Source: an uncultured Pelagibacteraceae bacterium
GTDB lineage: Bacteria; Pseudomonadota; Alphaproteobacteria; Pelagibacterales; Pelagibacteraceae
DNA length: 64,000 nt
NCBI GenBank assembly: GCA_902624585.1
Contig: CACNXU010000001.1
Location: 7,053 to 71,052, forward strand
Direction: 5' to 3'
Shown here: in pieces, positions 47,503-57,804 of the stretch
Numbering within the stretch: position 1 is the stretch's first letter
Layout: each line of letters starts with the position of its first letter
Notes under the pieces: model-generated
What the model was told of the DNA's origin: nothing
The model's input: only the letters and a program-made list of their open reading frames with translations
The model's database searches: none
Translations under genes and position numbers: made by a program

Positions 47503-48939
47503 ATGTTAGACAAAAAAAATTTTTATATTAATGGAGCATGGGTCAAACCAAATAGTTCTGAGGAAATTAAAGTAATCGATCCAGCAACAGAGCAAAATTG
47601 TGCTGTAATCACTTTAGGAAATAAAGCAGATGTTGACTTAGCAGTTAGTGCAGCAAAAGATGCTTATGAGTCTTGGGCCTTTTCTTCTAAAGAAGAAAGA
47701 ATTGGATTATTAGAAAAACTTTATGAAAACTACAAGAAAAGATGGGCAGACATTGCAGAAGCTATAACTCTTGAAATGGGTGCTCCTAAAGATTTTGCAA
47801 CCAAATTACAAGCAGGTACAGGAGCAAGTCATATTAAATCTTTTATAAGATATTTAAAAAATTTTGAATTTGAAAAACCGTTAGGTGAACATGCTCCTAA
47901 CCAAAGACTAATTTATGAGCCAAAAGGTGTTTGCGCATTAATAACTCCATGGAATTGGCCAATGAATCAAGTGTGTTTAAAAGTAATGCCGGCAATCGCA
48001 TCAGGATGTACTATGGTCTTAAAACCATCAGAGTTAGCGCCACTATCCTCAATGATACTTGCTGAGATTATTGATGAAGTAAAGTTTCCAAAAGGAGTAT
48101 TTAATTTAGTTAATGGTGATGGAGCAACAACAGGAGATGCTCTAACGAGTCATCCAGATATTAATATGATTTCTTTTACAGGATCAACTAGAGCAGGAGC
48201 TCTAATTTCACAGAATGCTGCTAGAGATTTTAAAAGAGTAAGTTTAGAATTAGGTGGAAAAGGGGCAAATATAATTTTTAAAGATGCTGACCCAGAAGCC
48301 ATTGAAAGAGGTGCTTTAAGATGTTTTAGAAATTCAGGACAGTCTTGTAATGCACCAACAAGAATGCTTGTTGAAAAATCAATGTATGATGAGGCAATTG
48401 AGAGATTAAAAAAATATACTGAAAATTTTGAAGTTGGTGACCCTAAAAAAGAAGGTGAACATATTGGTCCAGTTATTTCAGAAATTCAATATAACAAAAT
48501 ACAAACTTTAATCCAAAAAGGCATTGATGAGGGTGCTAAATTGGTTGCTGGAGGAACAGGTAAGCCAGAAGGATTAGATAAAGGTTATTTTGTTAAACCA
48601 ACAGTATTTGCTGATGTTAATAATGACATGGAAGTTGCAAGAACAGAAATTTTTGGACCTGTTTTATCTGTAATACCATTCGAAACAGAGGAAGATGCTA
48701 TAAAAATAGCCAATGATACGGCATATGGATTAACAAATTATATCCAAACCCAAGATTCTAAAAAAGTACAAAGAGTTGCAAGAAAATTAAGATCTGGAAT
48801 GGTCGATGTAAACGGCGCTGGAATCGCTGTTGACGCACCATTTGGTGGTTTTAAGCACTCAGGAATAGGTAGAGAGGCAGGTGAACACGGCCTCGAAGAG
48901 TTTTTAGAGGTAAAAGCTGTCGGTGGTTGGAGTAATTAA
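47503..48939 (+). CDS. Aldehyde dehydrogenase (paralog of 33039-34469)
   Basis: LITPWNWP, FTGSTRAG, LELGGK, NSGQSCNAPTR, EIFGPV. Confidence 0.92.
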   Translation: MLDKKNFYINGAWVKPNSSEEIKVIDPATEQNCAVITLGNKADVDLAVSAAKDAYESWAFSSKEERIGLLEKLYENYKKRWADIAEAITLEMGAPKDFATKLQAGTGASHIKSFIRYLKNFEFEKPLGEHAPNQRLIYEPKGVCALITPWNWPMNQVCLKVMPAIASGCTMVLKPSELAPLSSMILAEIIDEVKFPKGVFNLVNGDGATTGDALTSHPDINMISFTGSTRAGALISQNAARDFKRVSLELGGKGANIIFKDADPEAIERGALRCFRNSGQSCNAPTRMLVEKSMYDEAIERLKKYTENFEVGDPKKEGEHIGPVISEIQYNKIQTLIQKGIDEGAKLVAGGTGKPEGLDKGYFVKPTVFADVNNDMEVARTEIFGPVLSVIPFETEEDAIKIANDTAYGLTNYIQTQDSKKVQRVARKLRSGMVDVNGAGIAVDAPFGGFKHSGIGREAGEHGLEEFLEVKAVGGWSN

Positions 48940-49094
48940 TTCTAATTTATTATAACTTAACATTAAATTCTTTACGTTCATTTTAGGTTTTATGATTCTT
49001 ATTTTATTTACACACAATTTCAAATAACTAGTGTCCTATAAATAATTAAGATAACAGGTTTATTTTTTTAAACCATAACAACAAGGAGATCAAA

Positions 49095-50543
49095 ATGAGT
49101 AGATCATCAAAACTCTACAATTCTGATTTAGCGCCTACACCGGCTGATAAAAAGAATTGGGGATGGTTTGAAATCTTTAACGTATGGGCAAATGATGTTC
49201 AAAGTTTATTTGGGTATACTTTAGCTGCATCATTGTTTTTAGCGTCAGGATTAAATGGTTGGGCCGTATTTGCTGCATTAATTCTTGCAGGTTTTTTTAT
49301 AATGTGGCTTGTAAACTTATCAGGTAAACCAAGTGTAAAACATGGAATTCCATATCCAGTATTTGCTCGAGTTAGTATGGGTGTATTTGGAGCAAACTTT
49401 CCAGCAATGGCTAGGGGTCTTGTTGCAATGTTCTGGTATGGAGCACAAACTTATGCTGCATCAACAGCAGTAGCACTTTTAATAACAGGTATAACAGGAA
49501 TAGAGGGTGAAGTAGTGTTTTTAGGCATGACAGGTGTAATGTGGATTTCATTTATATTTGTTTCACTATTCCAAGTTTATTTATTTTGGCAAGGTGTAGA
49601 TCTTGTAAAAAGATTTTTAAACTTTGCAGGACCAGCAGTGTATGTGGTCATGATATTATTAATGATTGTTATATGGGTTAAAGCTGGTGGTGGATTATTT
49701 TCAGAGGTTGGAAATATATTTTCTGGTGGAGAAAGATCTGGTGGTTTTGAAGGTCTTGGATCATTTGGAGCTTTTTTAGCTGTATTTTCAATTATGGTTG
49801 GTTACTTTGCAGCTGTAGTAATTAACTTTGGTGATTTTGCTAGATTTGTGAAAAATGAAGATGAAATGAAAAAAGGTAATCTATGGGGATTAGTAGGAAA
49901 CGTAGTTTTGTTCTCTTTTATTACCTTAATGATTACTGGTGGAACCATTGCTATTTTTGGTGAGTACGTAGCAAGTCCAACAGATATGGTTGCTAAAGTT
50001 GACAACTTAGGACTAACAATAATTGCTGCATTTGCTTTCTTTGCGGCAACAGTAGGTATAAATATGGTTGCAAACTTTATACCTCCTGCTTATGACTTAG
50101 CTAATTTAATACCAAGCAAAATCAATTTTAAAATTGGTGGACTTATAACTGCTGGTTTTGGTTTTGTAATTGGTGGTATGTGGGTGGCTGTTATTACTCA
50201 AATGGGATTATTTCCATTTGTTAATACGCTTGGTGCCATTTTAGCTCCAGTCTTTGGTATTATGATTGTAGATTATTATATTATCAAAAAAGAAACTTTG
50301 GATGTTGATGCCTTATTTGATGATAGTGCGAGTGCAAAATATCATTATAACGGCGGGTTTAATCGCAAAGCAATTTTAGCATGGATCCTATCAGGATATA
50401 TTGCAGTTGGAACGGTTTGGCCAAACATTTTAGTTTTAGGTTTAGGTGATTTCTTTTCTAACTTAGGTGGTGGTGGAGGATATGCTTGGATAATAGGAGC
50501 AGCATTAGGTGCTGTTGTTCATCTAGCTATATCTAAAAGATAA
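49095..50543 (+). CDS. NCS1 family nucleobase:cation symporter
   Basis: LYNSDLAP, GIPYPVFARVSMG, NFGDFAR, GINMVANF, VDYY; AAGGAG SD. Confidence 0.9.
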   Translation: MSRSSKLYNSDLAPTPADKKNWGWFEIFNVWANDVQSLFGYTLAASLFLASGLNGWAVFAALILAGFFIMWLVNLSGKPSVKHGIPYPVFARVSMGVFGANFPAMARGLVAMFWYGAQTYAASTAVALLITGITGIEGEVVFLGMTGVMWISFIFVSLFQVYLFWQGVDLVKRFLNFAGPAVYVVMILLMIVIWVKAGGGLFSEVGNIFSGGERSGGFEGLGSFGAFLAVFSIMVGYFAAVVINFGDFARFVKNEDEMKKGNLWGLVGNVVLFSFITLMITGGTIAIFGEYVASPTDMVAKVDNLGLTIIAAFAFFAATVGINMVANFIPPAYDLANLIPSKINFKIGGLITAGFGFVIGGMWVAVITQMGLFPFVNTLGAILAPVFGIMIVDYYIIKKETLDVDALFDDSASAKYHYNGGFNRKAILAWILSGYIAVGTVWPNILVLGLGDFFSNLGGGGGYAWIIGAALGAVVHLAISKR

Positions 50544-50573
50544 CATTTTAAATCTTTAAATAGTTATATAACT

Positions 50574-50604
50574 AAGCCCATTACTTTATGTGATGGGCTT
50601 TTTT
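50574..50604 (+). terminator. Intrinsic terminator between convergent NCS1 and argE
   Basis: AAGCCCATTAC-tttat-GTGATGGGCTT then T-run. Confidence 0.75.
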
Positions 50605-50605
50605 A

Positions 50606-51796
50606 TTAATTCAGAATAGATTTTGTTTTTATACCTTCTAAAAGTTTTAAACATTTTTTTAATTCATCTAAAACAATAAATTCATCAATTTTATGTGCTT
50701 GTTCAATTGAGCCAGGACCACACACAACTGTGCTAATACCTATTTCTTGAAATAGACCTGCCTCAGTTCCAAATGAAACTACTTGGCGTGAATTATCTCC
50801 AGTTAAACTTGATATTAATTCACACGCATCTGATTTTTCATCTCTATCAAAACCAACTATCTCTCCAATTATTTTTTTTTCAATTGAGGAATTAGGAAAA
50901 ATTTTTTTCATTTCTGGTAATAAAACTTCATCTGCATATTTATCTAACTCTTTGTTTAAAAAAACTGCATCTTCCTTTACTACTGGTCGTGTCTCCCAAT
51001 TAACATGACATTTATCTGCAATTACATTATGAGCTATTCCACCAAATATACCTCCAATTGATAAAGTAGAATATGGAGGATCAAATATAGAGTCTTTTGG
51101 TGACCTTTCTTTAAGTTTTTCTCTCAACTCAATCAATTTACTTACATATCTTGATGCATACTCGACTGCACTCACACCTTTATGAGGTGTTGAACTATGA
51201 CCAGCTAAACCTTTAAAATAAGTGGTGTACTCATAACAACCTTTATGAGCGTCAATAATTTTCATATTAGTTGGTTCACCTACAATACAAATTCCATCTT
51301 TGATATCTCTTTTTTTTAATTCTTTAATTAGAATAGGTGCTCCTTGACATGCAGTTTCTTCATCAAAAGTAAATGAGAAATGAATATCTCTATCTAGATT
51401 TGACTTTGAATAAATTGGAGCAAATGCCAAAGCGCAAGCAATAAAACCTTTCATATCACATGATCCTCTTCCATAAAGTTTATTATCTTTAATTGTTGCT
51501 TCAAAAGGATCTGTTGACCATCCTTTTGAAACTGGAACAACATCTGTATGCCCTGACAATATAATTGGTTTTTTGTTACTAGATTTTTTTGCTTTTATGG
51601 TAGCAAATAAATTAACTCTTTTTTTGTCTTCATCAAACGTTCTAAATGAAGAGGCGCCATGTATTTTTAAAATATCATCACAATAATTAATTAAAGAATT
51701 ATTATCTTCTCCCGAGATTGTTTTAAAACTAATTAGGTCAGTTAATATTTTAACTGAGTTTTTGAACAAAAGTTCTAAATTATTTTCTGTACTCAT
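50606..51796 (-). CDS. argE: Acetylornithine deacetylase (M20 family)
   Basis: SGHTDVVP, YGRGSCDMKG, DEE, GEPT, AHKG, GTEAGLF, GPGSIEQAH. Confidence 0.88.
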   Translation of the reverse strand: MSTENNLELLFKNSVKILTDLISFKTISGEDNNSLINYCDDILKIHGASSFRTFDEDKKRVNLFATIKAKKSSNKKPIILSGHTDVVPVSKGWSTDPFEATIKDNKLYGRGSCDMKGFIACALAFAPIYSKSNLDRDIHFSFTFDEETACQGAPILIKELKKRDIKDGICIVGEPTNMKIIDAHKGCYEYTTYFKGLAGHSSTPHKGVSAVEYASRYVSKLIELREKLKERSPKDSIFDPPYSTLSIGGIFGGIAHNVIADKCHVNWETRPVVKEDAVFLNKELDKYADEVLLPEMKKIFPNSSIEKKIIGEIVGFDRDEKSDACELISSLTGDNSRQVVSFGTEAGLFQEIGISTVVCGPGSIEQAHKIDEFIVLDELKKCLKLLEGIKTKSILN

Positions 51797-51823
51797 ATAT
51801 TTCTTCCATTATATATAAAATAT

Positions 51824-52165
51824 ATGAAAGAACAAATCACGTACGATATATTTGATAAAGTTGACATTAGAGTTGGCACGGTCATTTCAGTTAAAAAAAA
51901 TGAAAAAGCTAGAAAACCTTCTCTAGTTGTTGAAGTAGATTTTGGAAAAGAAATTGGAATTAGACAATCTTCTGCCCAAATTACTCATTATTATAATGAG
52001 GAAAATCTTAAAGGAAAACAAGTAATAGGTGTTTGTAATTTTCCAGAGAAAAACATAGCTGGTGTAGTTTCTCAAGTACTTATTCTTGGCTCAATAGATA
52101 AGGAGGGCAAAGTAATTTTGGTTCATCCATCTCAAAAATCTGAGAATGGATTGCCTATAGCATAG
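51824..52165 (+). CDS. csaA: CsaA tRNA-binding OB-fold chaperone
   Basis: VDIRVGT, SSAQIT, NFPEKNIAG. Confidence 0.88.
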   Translation: MKEQITYDIFDKVDIRVGTVISVKKNEKARKPSLVVEVDFGKEIGIRQSSAQITHYYNEENLKGKQVIGVCNFPEKNIAGVVSQVLILGSIDKEGKVILVHPSQKSENGLPIA

Positions 52166-52167
52166 AA

Positions 52168-52761
52168 ATGCATCCAGAAATTTTATCGATAACATTATTT
52201 GGGATTGTAGCCGCTTATTCTCCAGGACCAAATAATTTTGTAGCGTTTTATTCTGGATTTAATTTTGGTATTTCAAGAACGCTTCCACACATAATTGGAG
52301 TTACTTTGGGATTCCCATTTTTATTATTATGTGTAGCTTTAGGTTTAATAAACGTGTTTAAACTTTATCCATTAATTCAAGAAATATTAAAGTATCTAGG
52401 AACACTATTTTTAATTTACTTAGCTTATAAAATTTCTTTCTCCAGTTCTCAAAGTGAAGAAAACAAAAATAAAAGTCCAGTAAAATTTATAGAAACGTTT
52501 GTTTTTCAATTTTTAAATCCCAAAGCTGTTATTGCATCGATTATAATTGTATCAACCTATATTAAAGTAGGAGAAAACTTTGTAAGTTATACGACTCAAA
52601 TTGTTATATTAGCCCTGTTAGTTTCTGTAACCAGTATTACATTATGGACTTTTTTAGGTAAATTCTTTAGGAAATTTGCGACAAATCAGAAATTTATTAA
52701 TTATTTTAATTATGTTATGTCACTGCTTCTTTTATTAAGCATACTAACTTTTTATTTGTAA
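52168..52761 (+). CDS. LysE family exporter (EamB-like)
   Basis: SPGPNN, LKYLGTLFLIYLAYKI, FQFLNPKA. Confidence 0.85.
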   Translation: MHPEILSITLFGIVAAYSPGPNNFVAFYSGFNFGISRTLPHIIGVTLGFPFLLLCVALGLINVFKLYPLIQEILKYLGTLFLIYLAYKISFSSSQSEENKNKSPVKFIETFVFQFLNPKAVIASIIIVSTYIKVGENFVSYTTQIVILALLVSVTSITLWTFLGKFFRKFATNQKFINYFNYVMSLLLLLSILTFYL

Positions 52762-52762
52762 C

Positions 52763-55432
52763 ATGAAACCAGGAAACATAAATTCTTATAATTCACTTAA
52801 AAAAATCTGTATAGATAGTAAGGAATTTAAATATTATTCATTATCTGAGGCTGAAAAAAATGGCCTTGATGGTGTAAGTAAACTTCCTAAATCTCTTAAA
52901 GTGTTGTTGGAAAATTTATTAAGATATGAAGATGATTTGTCTGTTACTAAATCTCAAATAAAAGCGATTAAGAATTGGCTTAAAACAAAAAAATCTAAAA
53001 CTGAAATTGCATATAGACCTGCAAGAGTGCTTCTTCAAGATTATACTGGTATTCCTGCTGTAGCTGATCTCGCAGCAATGCGAGAAGCAGTGAAAGAAAA
53101 AAATAAGGATCCAAATACTATCAACCCCTTATCTGCTGTTGATCTTGTTATTGATCATTCCGTACAAGTAGATCAGTCTGCTAAAGCAGATTCTTTTGAA
53201 AAAAATGTTGATATAGAATTTGAGAGAAATGGAGAAAGATATTCTTTTTTAAAATGGGGACAGCAAGCATTTAATAATTTTAGAATAGTTCCACCCGGAA
53301 CAGGAATTTGCCACCAAGTAAATTTAGAGTATTTATCAAAAGTAGTTTGGTCAGAAGACTTTAAAGGAGATAAGTATCTTTTTCCAGATACTTTAGTTGG
53401 AACAGACAGTCATACTACAATGGTAAATGGTTTATCAGTCTTAGGATGGGGTGTTGGTGGAATTGAAGCTGAAGCAGGAATGTTGGGACAACCAATATCG
53501 ATGTTAATACCTGAGGTTATTGGATTTGAGATGAAAAACAAAATGCCAGAGGGGACTACAGCAACTGATTTGGTTTTAACAGTTGTTAAAATGTTAAGAG
53601 ATAAAGGAGTTGTTGGTAAGTTTGTTGAGTTTTATGGTGAGGGATTGAAAAATTTAACACTTGCAGATAGAGCAACTATTGCAAATATGGCTCCTGAATA
53701 TGGAGCTACATGTGGTTTTTTTCCTATTGATGAGGAAACACTTAAATATTTGAAATTTTCTGGAAGAGATCAACACACCGTCAATATCGTTGAAAATTAT
53801 GCTAAAGAGCAAGGTCTTTGGGCGAGTAATGACATAGAATTTACTGATATCCTATCTTTAGATATGTCTTCAGTTGTTCCAACCATTTCAGGTCCAAAAA
53901 GACCACAAGATAAAGTGCTTTTAACTGATGCGCCAAATTCTTTTAAAAAAGTATTGAATGAAGCCACAAATAAAAATGAAAAATCAGTCTCAAAAGTAGC
54001 TAATACAGACTTTACAATTAAAGATGGCTCTATATTAATTGCTGCAATAACATCTTGCACTAACACTTCAAATCCAAACGTTTTAATTGGAGCTGGACTT
54101 TTAGCTAAAAAAGCAATTGAAAAAGGGTTACAGGTTAAACCTTGGGTAAAAACTTCTTTAGCTCCTGGATCTCAAGTAGTAACAGATTATTTAGAAAAGT
54201 CTGGATTAAATATATATTTAGATCAATTAGGATTTAACTTAGTTGGATATGGATGTACAACGTGTATTGGTAATTCAGGTCCACTTCAAGAAAATATTGT
54301 AGAAGCGATACAAAAAAAAAATATTTATGCAGTTTCAGTTTTATCAGGAAATAGAAATTTTGAAGGAAGAATTTCACCACATATTAAAGCTAACTATTTG
54401 GCTTCACCTCCACTTGTGGTTGCATATGCTATTGCAGGGCACATGGAGTTTGATTTGTACAAAGATCCACTAGGAAAAGATAAAGAGGGAAAAGAAGTAT
54501 TTTTAAAAGATATTTGGCCGTCAAATAAAGAGATAGAAAACACCTTAAAAGATTCGCTTAATGCAGAAATGTTTATACAGAGATATGCAAATGTTTCAGA
54601 AGGTCCATCTCAATGGCAAAAAATTAAAACCGATAAAAGTAGTATCTACAATTGGGACGAGGGATCTACTTATGTAAAAAAACCTCCTTTTTTTGACTCT
54701 TTACCAGATGAACCAGAAGGATTTAAAGAAATTAAGGATGCACGACCATTATTAATTTTAGGTGACATGGTTACTACCGATCATATATCACCAGCTGGTA
54801 GTATCCAAAAAGATAGCCCGACTGGTGAGTATTTTATGGAGCATCAAATTTTGCCAAAAGACTATAACTCTTATGGTTCAAGAAGAGGAAATCATGAAGT
54901 TATGATGCGAGGTACTTTCGCAAATATAAGAATCAGAAATGAAATGGCTCCTGGAACCGAAGGTGGTTTTACAAAATTATATCCAGAGGAAAAAGTTCTA
55001 CCTATTTATGATGCAGTAGTTGAATATAAAAAAAGAGGAACCGACTTAGTTGTGATTGGGGGAAAAGAATATGGTACAGGATCATCAAGAGATTGGGCAG
55101 CTAAAGGAACAAAATTATTAGGAATTAAAGCAGTTATAGCAGAGAGCTTTGAGAGAATTCATAGATCAAACCTAATAGGAATGGGAATATTACCTTTACA
55201 ATTTACCAGTGATGTTAACAGAAAAAATCTAAAATTAATTGGTTCTGAGTTGATTAGTATTATAAATATAGAGAAGGGTGTAAATCCCTCAGATGAAGTA
55301 ACTGTTGAAATCAAATATGCCTCTGGTGAAATAAAGAAAATTAAAACTTTATGCAGAATTGATACAAAAAATGAATTAGAGTATTATAAAAATGGAGGTA
55401 TTCTACAGTACGTTTTAAGGAACATGATTTAG
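52763..55432 (+). CDS. acnA: Aconitate hydratase A
   Basis: QDYTG, DHS, GTDSHT, ITSCTNTSNP, GCTTCIGNSG, TDHISPAG, GSSRDWAAK. Confidence 0.97.
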   Translation: MKPGNINSYNSLKKICIDSKEFKYYSLSEAEKNGLDGVSKLPKSLKVLLENLLRYEDDLSVTKSQIKAIKNWLKTKKSKTEIAYRPARVLLQDYTGIPAVADLAAMREAVKEKNKDPNTINPLSAVDLVIDHSVQVDQSAKADSFEKNVDIEFERNGERYSFLKWGQQAFNNFRIVPPGTGICHQVNLEYLSKVVWSEDFKGDKYLFPDTLVGTDSHTTMVNGLSVLGWGVGGIEAEAGMLGQPISMLIPEVIGFEMKNKMPEGTTATDLVLTVVKMLRDKGVVGKFVEFYGEGLKNLTLADRATIANMAPEYGATCGFFPIDEETLKYLKFSGRDQHTVNIVENYAKEQGLWASNDIEFTDILSLDMSSVVPTISGPKRPQDKVLLTDAPNSFKKVLNEATNKNEKSVSKVANTDFTIKDGSILIAAITSCTNTSNPNVLIGAGLLAKKAIEKGLQVKPWVKTSLAPGSQVVTDYLEKSGLNIYLDQLGFNLVGYGCTTCIGNSGPLQENIVEAIQKKNIYAVSVLSGNRNFEGRISPHIKANYLASPPLVVAYAIAGHMEFDLYKDPLGKDKEGKEVFLKDIWPSNKEIENTLKDSLNAEMFIQRYANVSEGPSQWQKIKTDKSSIYNWDEGSTYVKKPPFFDSLPDEPEGFKEIKDARPLLILGDMVTTDHISPAGSIQKDSPTGEYFMEHQILPKDYNSYGSRRGNHEVMMRGTFANIRIRNEMAPGTEGGFTKLYPEEKVLPIYDAVVEYKKRGTDLVVIGGKEYGTGSSRDWAAKGTKLLGIKAVIAESFERIHRSNLIGMGILPLQFTSDVNRKNLKLIGSELISIINIEKGVNPSDEVTVEIKYASGEIKKIKTLCRIDTKNELEYYKNGGILQYVLRNMI

Positions 55433-55434
55433 TT

Positions 55435-56079
55435 ATGGACGAAGATTTATCAATTATAAATGCTAATACAAGAAATGAAAAAATTAAAAATTTTTTTGTA
55501 AATAATAAAAGTAAATTAATATCGAGTATAATTATTTTAATTATTTTATTAATTACTGTTTTTAGTTACGATAAATATTTGATAAATAAAAAAAAAGAAA
55601 TATCAGATAAATTTAACTCAATAACGATAGATTATTCTGAAAAAACAAAAGACCAAACTTCCAGGGGTTTAATTGAAATAATTAATAAAAAAGACCCAAC
55701 TTATTCGCCATTATCACTTTATTTTATTATAGATAATAACCTTGTTACTGATCAGTCTAAAATAAATTTATTATTTGATTTATTGATTGAGGATACATCA
55801 CTAGATAGTGAGATTAAAAATTTAATAATATACAAAAAGGCACTTTACAATGCAGACAATGCCAAAGAAAGTGATCTCTTAAATATGTTAAACCCATTAA
55901 TTAATTCAAAAAGTGTTTGGAAATCTCATTCATTATATTTGATGGCTGAATACTTTTATGCAAACAATCAAAAGCAAAAAGCTAGGGAATTTTTCAATCA
56001 AATAATAACTTTGGAAAATTCAAGTCCAGATTTAAGAATACAAGCAGAGAAAAGATTGAATAGAGACTTGAGTGAATAA
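55435..56079 (+). CDS. Membrane-anchored TPR protein (YfgM/DUF2659-like)
   Basis: N-terminal TM then helical repeats; lies just upstream of the BamB-like gene. Confidence 0.65.
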   Translation: MDEDLSIINANTRNEKIKNFFVNNKSKLISSIIILIILLITVFSYDKYLINKKKEISDKFNSITIDYSEKTKDQTSRGLIEIINKKDPTYSPLSLYFIIDNNLVTDQSKINLLFDLLIEDTSLDSEIKNLIIYKKALYNADNAKESDLLNMLNPLINSKSVWKSHSLYLMAEYFYANNQKQKAREFFNQIITLENSSPDLRIQAEKRLNRDLSE

Positions 56080-57370
56080 ATTAATTTTTACTTTAGTAAT
56101 TTTTTTTTTCCTAAATAACTGTTCATTTAACGAAAATTCTAGAATTTGGAAAGATAAAGAAAATAAATTAGAAATTGATAAAAAAATAACAAAAGTTTTT
56201 TCAGAAGACAAAGTAAGTGTTACGGAATTTAACCAAGATTTAAAATTAGACCTATCATCTATAAAAGTTGATAATAAAAAAAATTTTAACCAAAATAATC
56301 TTGGTTTGCAAAATTACAAGGGTGATTTAAAAAAGATTGGTAGCTTTAAATTTTCAAAATTAGATGAAATAAATCAATTAGATTTTGAACCAATTTTTTT
56401 AAAAGATGGAATTATATTTTTTGATAAGAAAGGTTCAATTGTAAGGTACAATAATAATTATAAAGTTACTTGGAAAAAAAATTATTACTCAAAAGCTGAA
56501 AAAAAATTAAAACCAAAGCTTAATTTTTTAGTAGAGGGTCAAAATCTTATAGTAGCAGATAATATAGCTAAATATTATTCCGTAAATGTTAGTAATGGTG
56601 AGTTAAATTGGTCAAAACATAACGAGTATCCATTTAATTCGAACATTAAAAAGTATAAAGATAAAATATTTATTATAGATTATAAAAATACTCTTAGATG
56701 CTATAAGATCACAAATGGTTCTGAATGTTGGAATTTGCAAACAGAGGACTCGTTCACAATTTCAAATCAGAAATACTCTTTAATTATTTTAAACGATAAT
56801 GTTATTTTTAATAATTCAATAGGAGACATTACAGCTGTAGATGTTGAAACTGGTTTAATTATATGGCAAATACCTACTCAAAGTAGCTCAATAATAAATG
56901 AAACATATAATTTTAAAATTTCTAAATTGGTATCGGATGGAAATTCTATTTTTTTTTCAAACAACAAAAACCAATTTTATTCAATTGATTTAAAAACAGG
57001 AACTATCAATTGGATAAATAAAGTTAATTCTAATATAAAACCTATTTTAGTTGGAAACTTAATTTTTACAATTTCTAATGAGGGTTATTTACACCTAATT
57101 GATAAAAAAAGAGGTAATATAGTTCGAATTACAGATCTATTTGTGAATTATAAAGATAAAGAAAGGAAAAATATTTCTCCAGTAGGTTTTGTAATGGGAG
57201 ACAAAAATTTGTTTTTAACAAACTCAGATGGTAAAATAATCATAGCTGGAATTGAAGATGGAAAAATAACAAAAATTGAAAAAGTTTCTGGTGGATTAGT
57301 CTCTGAACCAATTATATTTAATAATAATTTATACGTAGTAAGAAATGGATCAATTATAAGATTTAATTAA
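56072..57370 (+). CDS. PQQ-like beta-propeller lipoprotein (BamB-like)
   Basis: Lipobox-like FLNNC; repeated (N/T)GxxxW blades (NGELNW, NGSECW, TGLIIW, TGTINW). Confidence 0.75.
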   Translation: MNKLIFTLVIFFFLNNCSFNENSRIWKDKENKLEIDKKITKVFSEDKVSVTEFNQDLKLDLSSIKVDNKKNFNQNNLGLQNYKGDLKKIGSFKFSKLDEINQLDFEPIFLKDGIIFFDKKGSIVRYNNNYKVTWKKNYYSKAEKKLKPKLNFLVEGQNLIVADNIAKYYSVNVSNGELNWSKHNEYPFNSNIKKYKDKIFIIDYKNTLRCYKITNGSECWNLQTEDSFTISNQKYSLIILNDNVIFNNSIGDITAVDVETGLIIWQIPTQSSSIINETYNFKISKLVSDGNSIFFSNNKNQFYSIDLKTGTINWINKVNSNIKPILVGNLIFTISNEGYLHLIDKKRGNIVRITDLFVNYKDKERKNISPVGFVMGDKNLFLTNSDGKIIIAGIEDGKITKIEKVSGGLVSEPIIFNNNLYVVRNGSIIRFN

Positions 57371-57372
57371 AA

Positions 57373-57804
57373 ATGTTCTTAAAATTCTTAGAAAAAATTG
57401 GAAGAAAAAAAGTTGTATTAGATAGAGGCCCCTCTCACCCAAAGTATAATGAGGCAAAGCCTTGGATGAACCGTTACTATGTTTTGATGAGGCATCGACC
57501 CAAATGGTTCCCCTTTAATATATTAATTCATGAGATGTTAGCAAATGATCATGGAGAAGGAGTTCACAATCATACATTTCCATATATTACTATAATTTTA
57601 AGAGGAGGCTATTGGGAAACATTAAGTACAGGTAAGTTTTGGCGACCACCAGGATATATTGGGTTTAGATCAGCAAATAACTTACATCGGGTAGATTTGG
57701 AACCAGGAACAAAACCATTAACTTTGTTTATTACTGGTCCATTTGGGTTAAGGAAAGGACCAAGATCAGAGTATGGCATTGATTTTAAAACTAAAAAAAA
57801 TTAA
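57373..57804 (+). CDS. Hypothetical cupin-like protein
   Basis: HNHTFPYITIILRGGYWE and LHRV..TLFITGP cupin-type motifs. Confidence 0.65.
   Translation: MFLKFLEKIGRKKVVLDRGPSHPKYNEAKPWMNRYYVLMRHRPKWFPFNILIHEMLANDHGEGVHNHTFPYITIILRGGYWETLSTGKFWRPPGYIGFRSANNLHRVDLEPGTKPLTLFITGPFGLRKGPRSEYGIDFKTKKN

Noticed and set aside
33039-48939. Oppositely oriented ALDH paralogs as ends of an invertible or mobile segment
   Set aside because: Similarity is mainly at protein level with many codon differences; no recombinase or terminal repeats seen
48940-49094. 155-nt spacer before NCS1 as a purine or guanidine riboswitch
   Set aside because: Very AT-rich; only a short GGTTTA/TAAACC hairpin; no recognisable aptamer consensus
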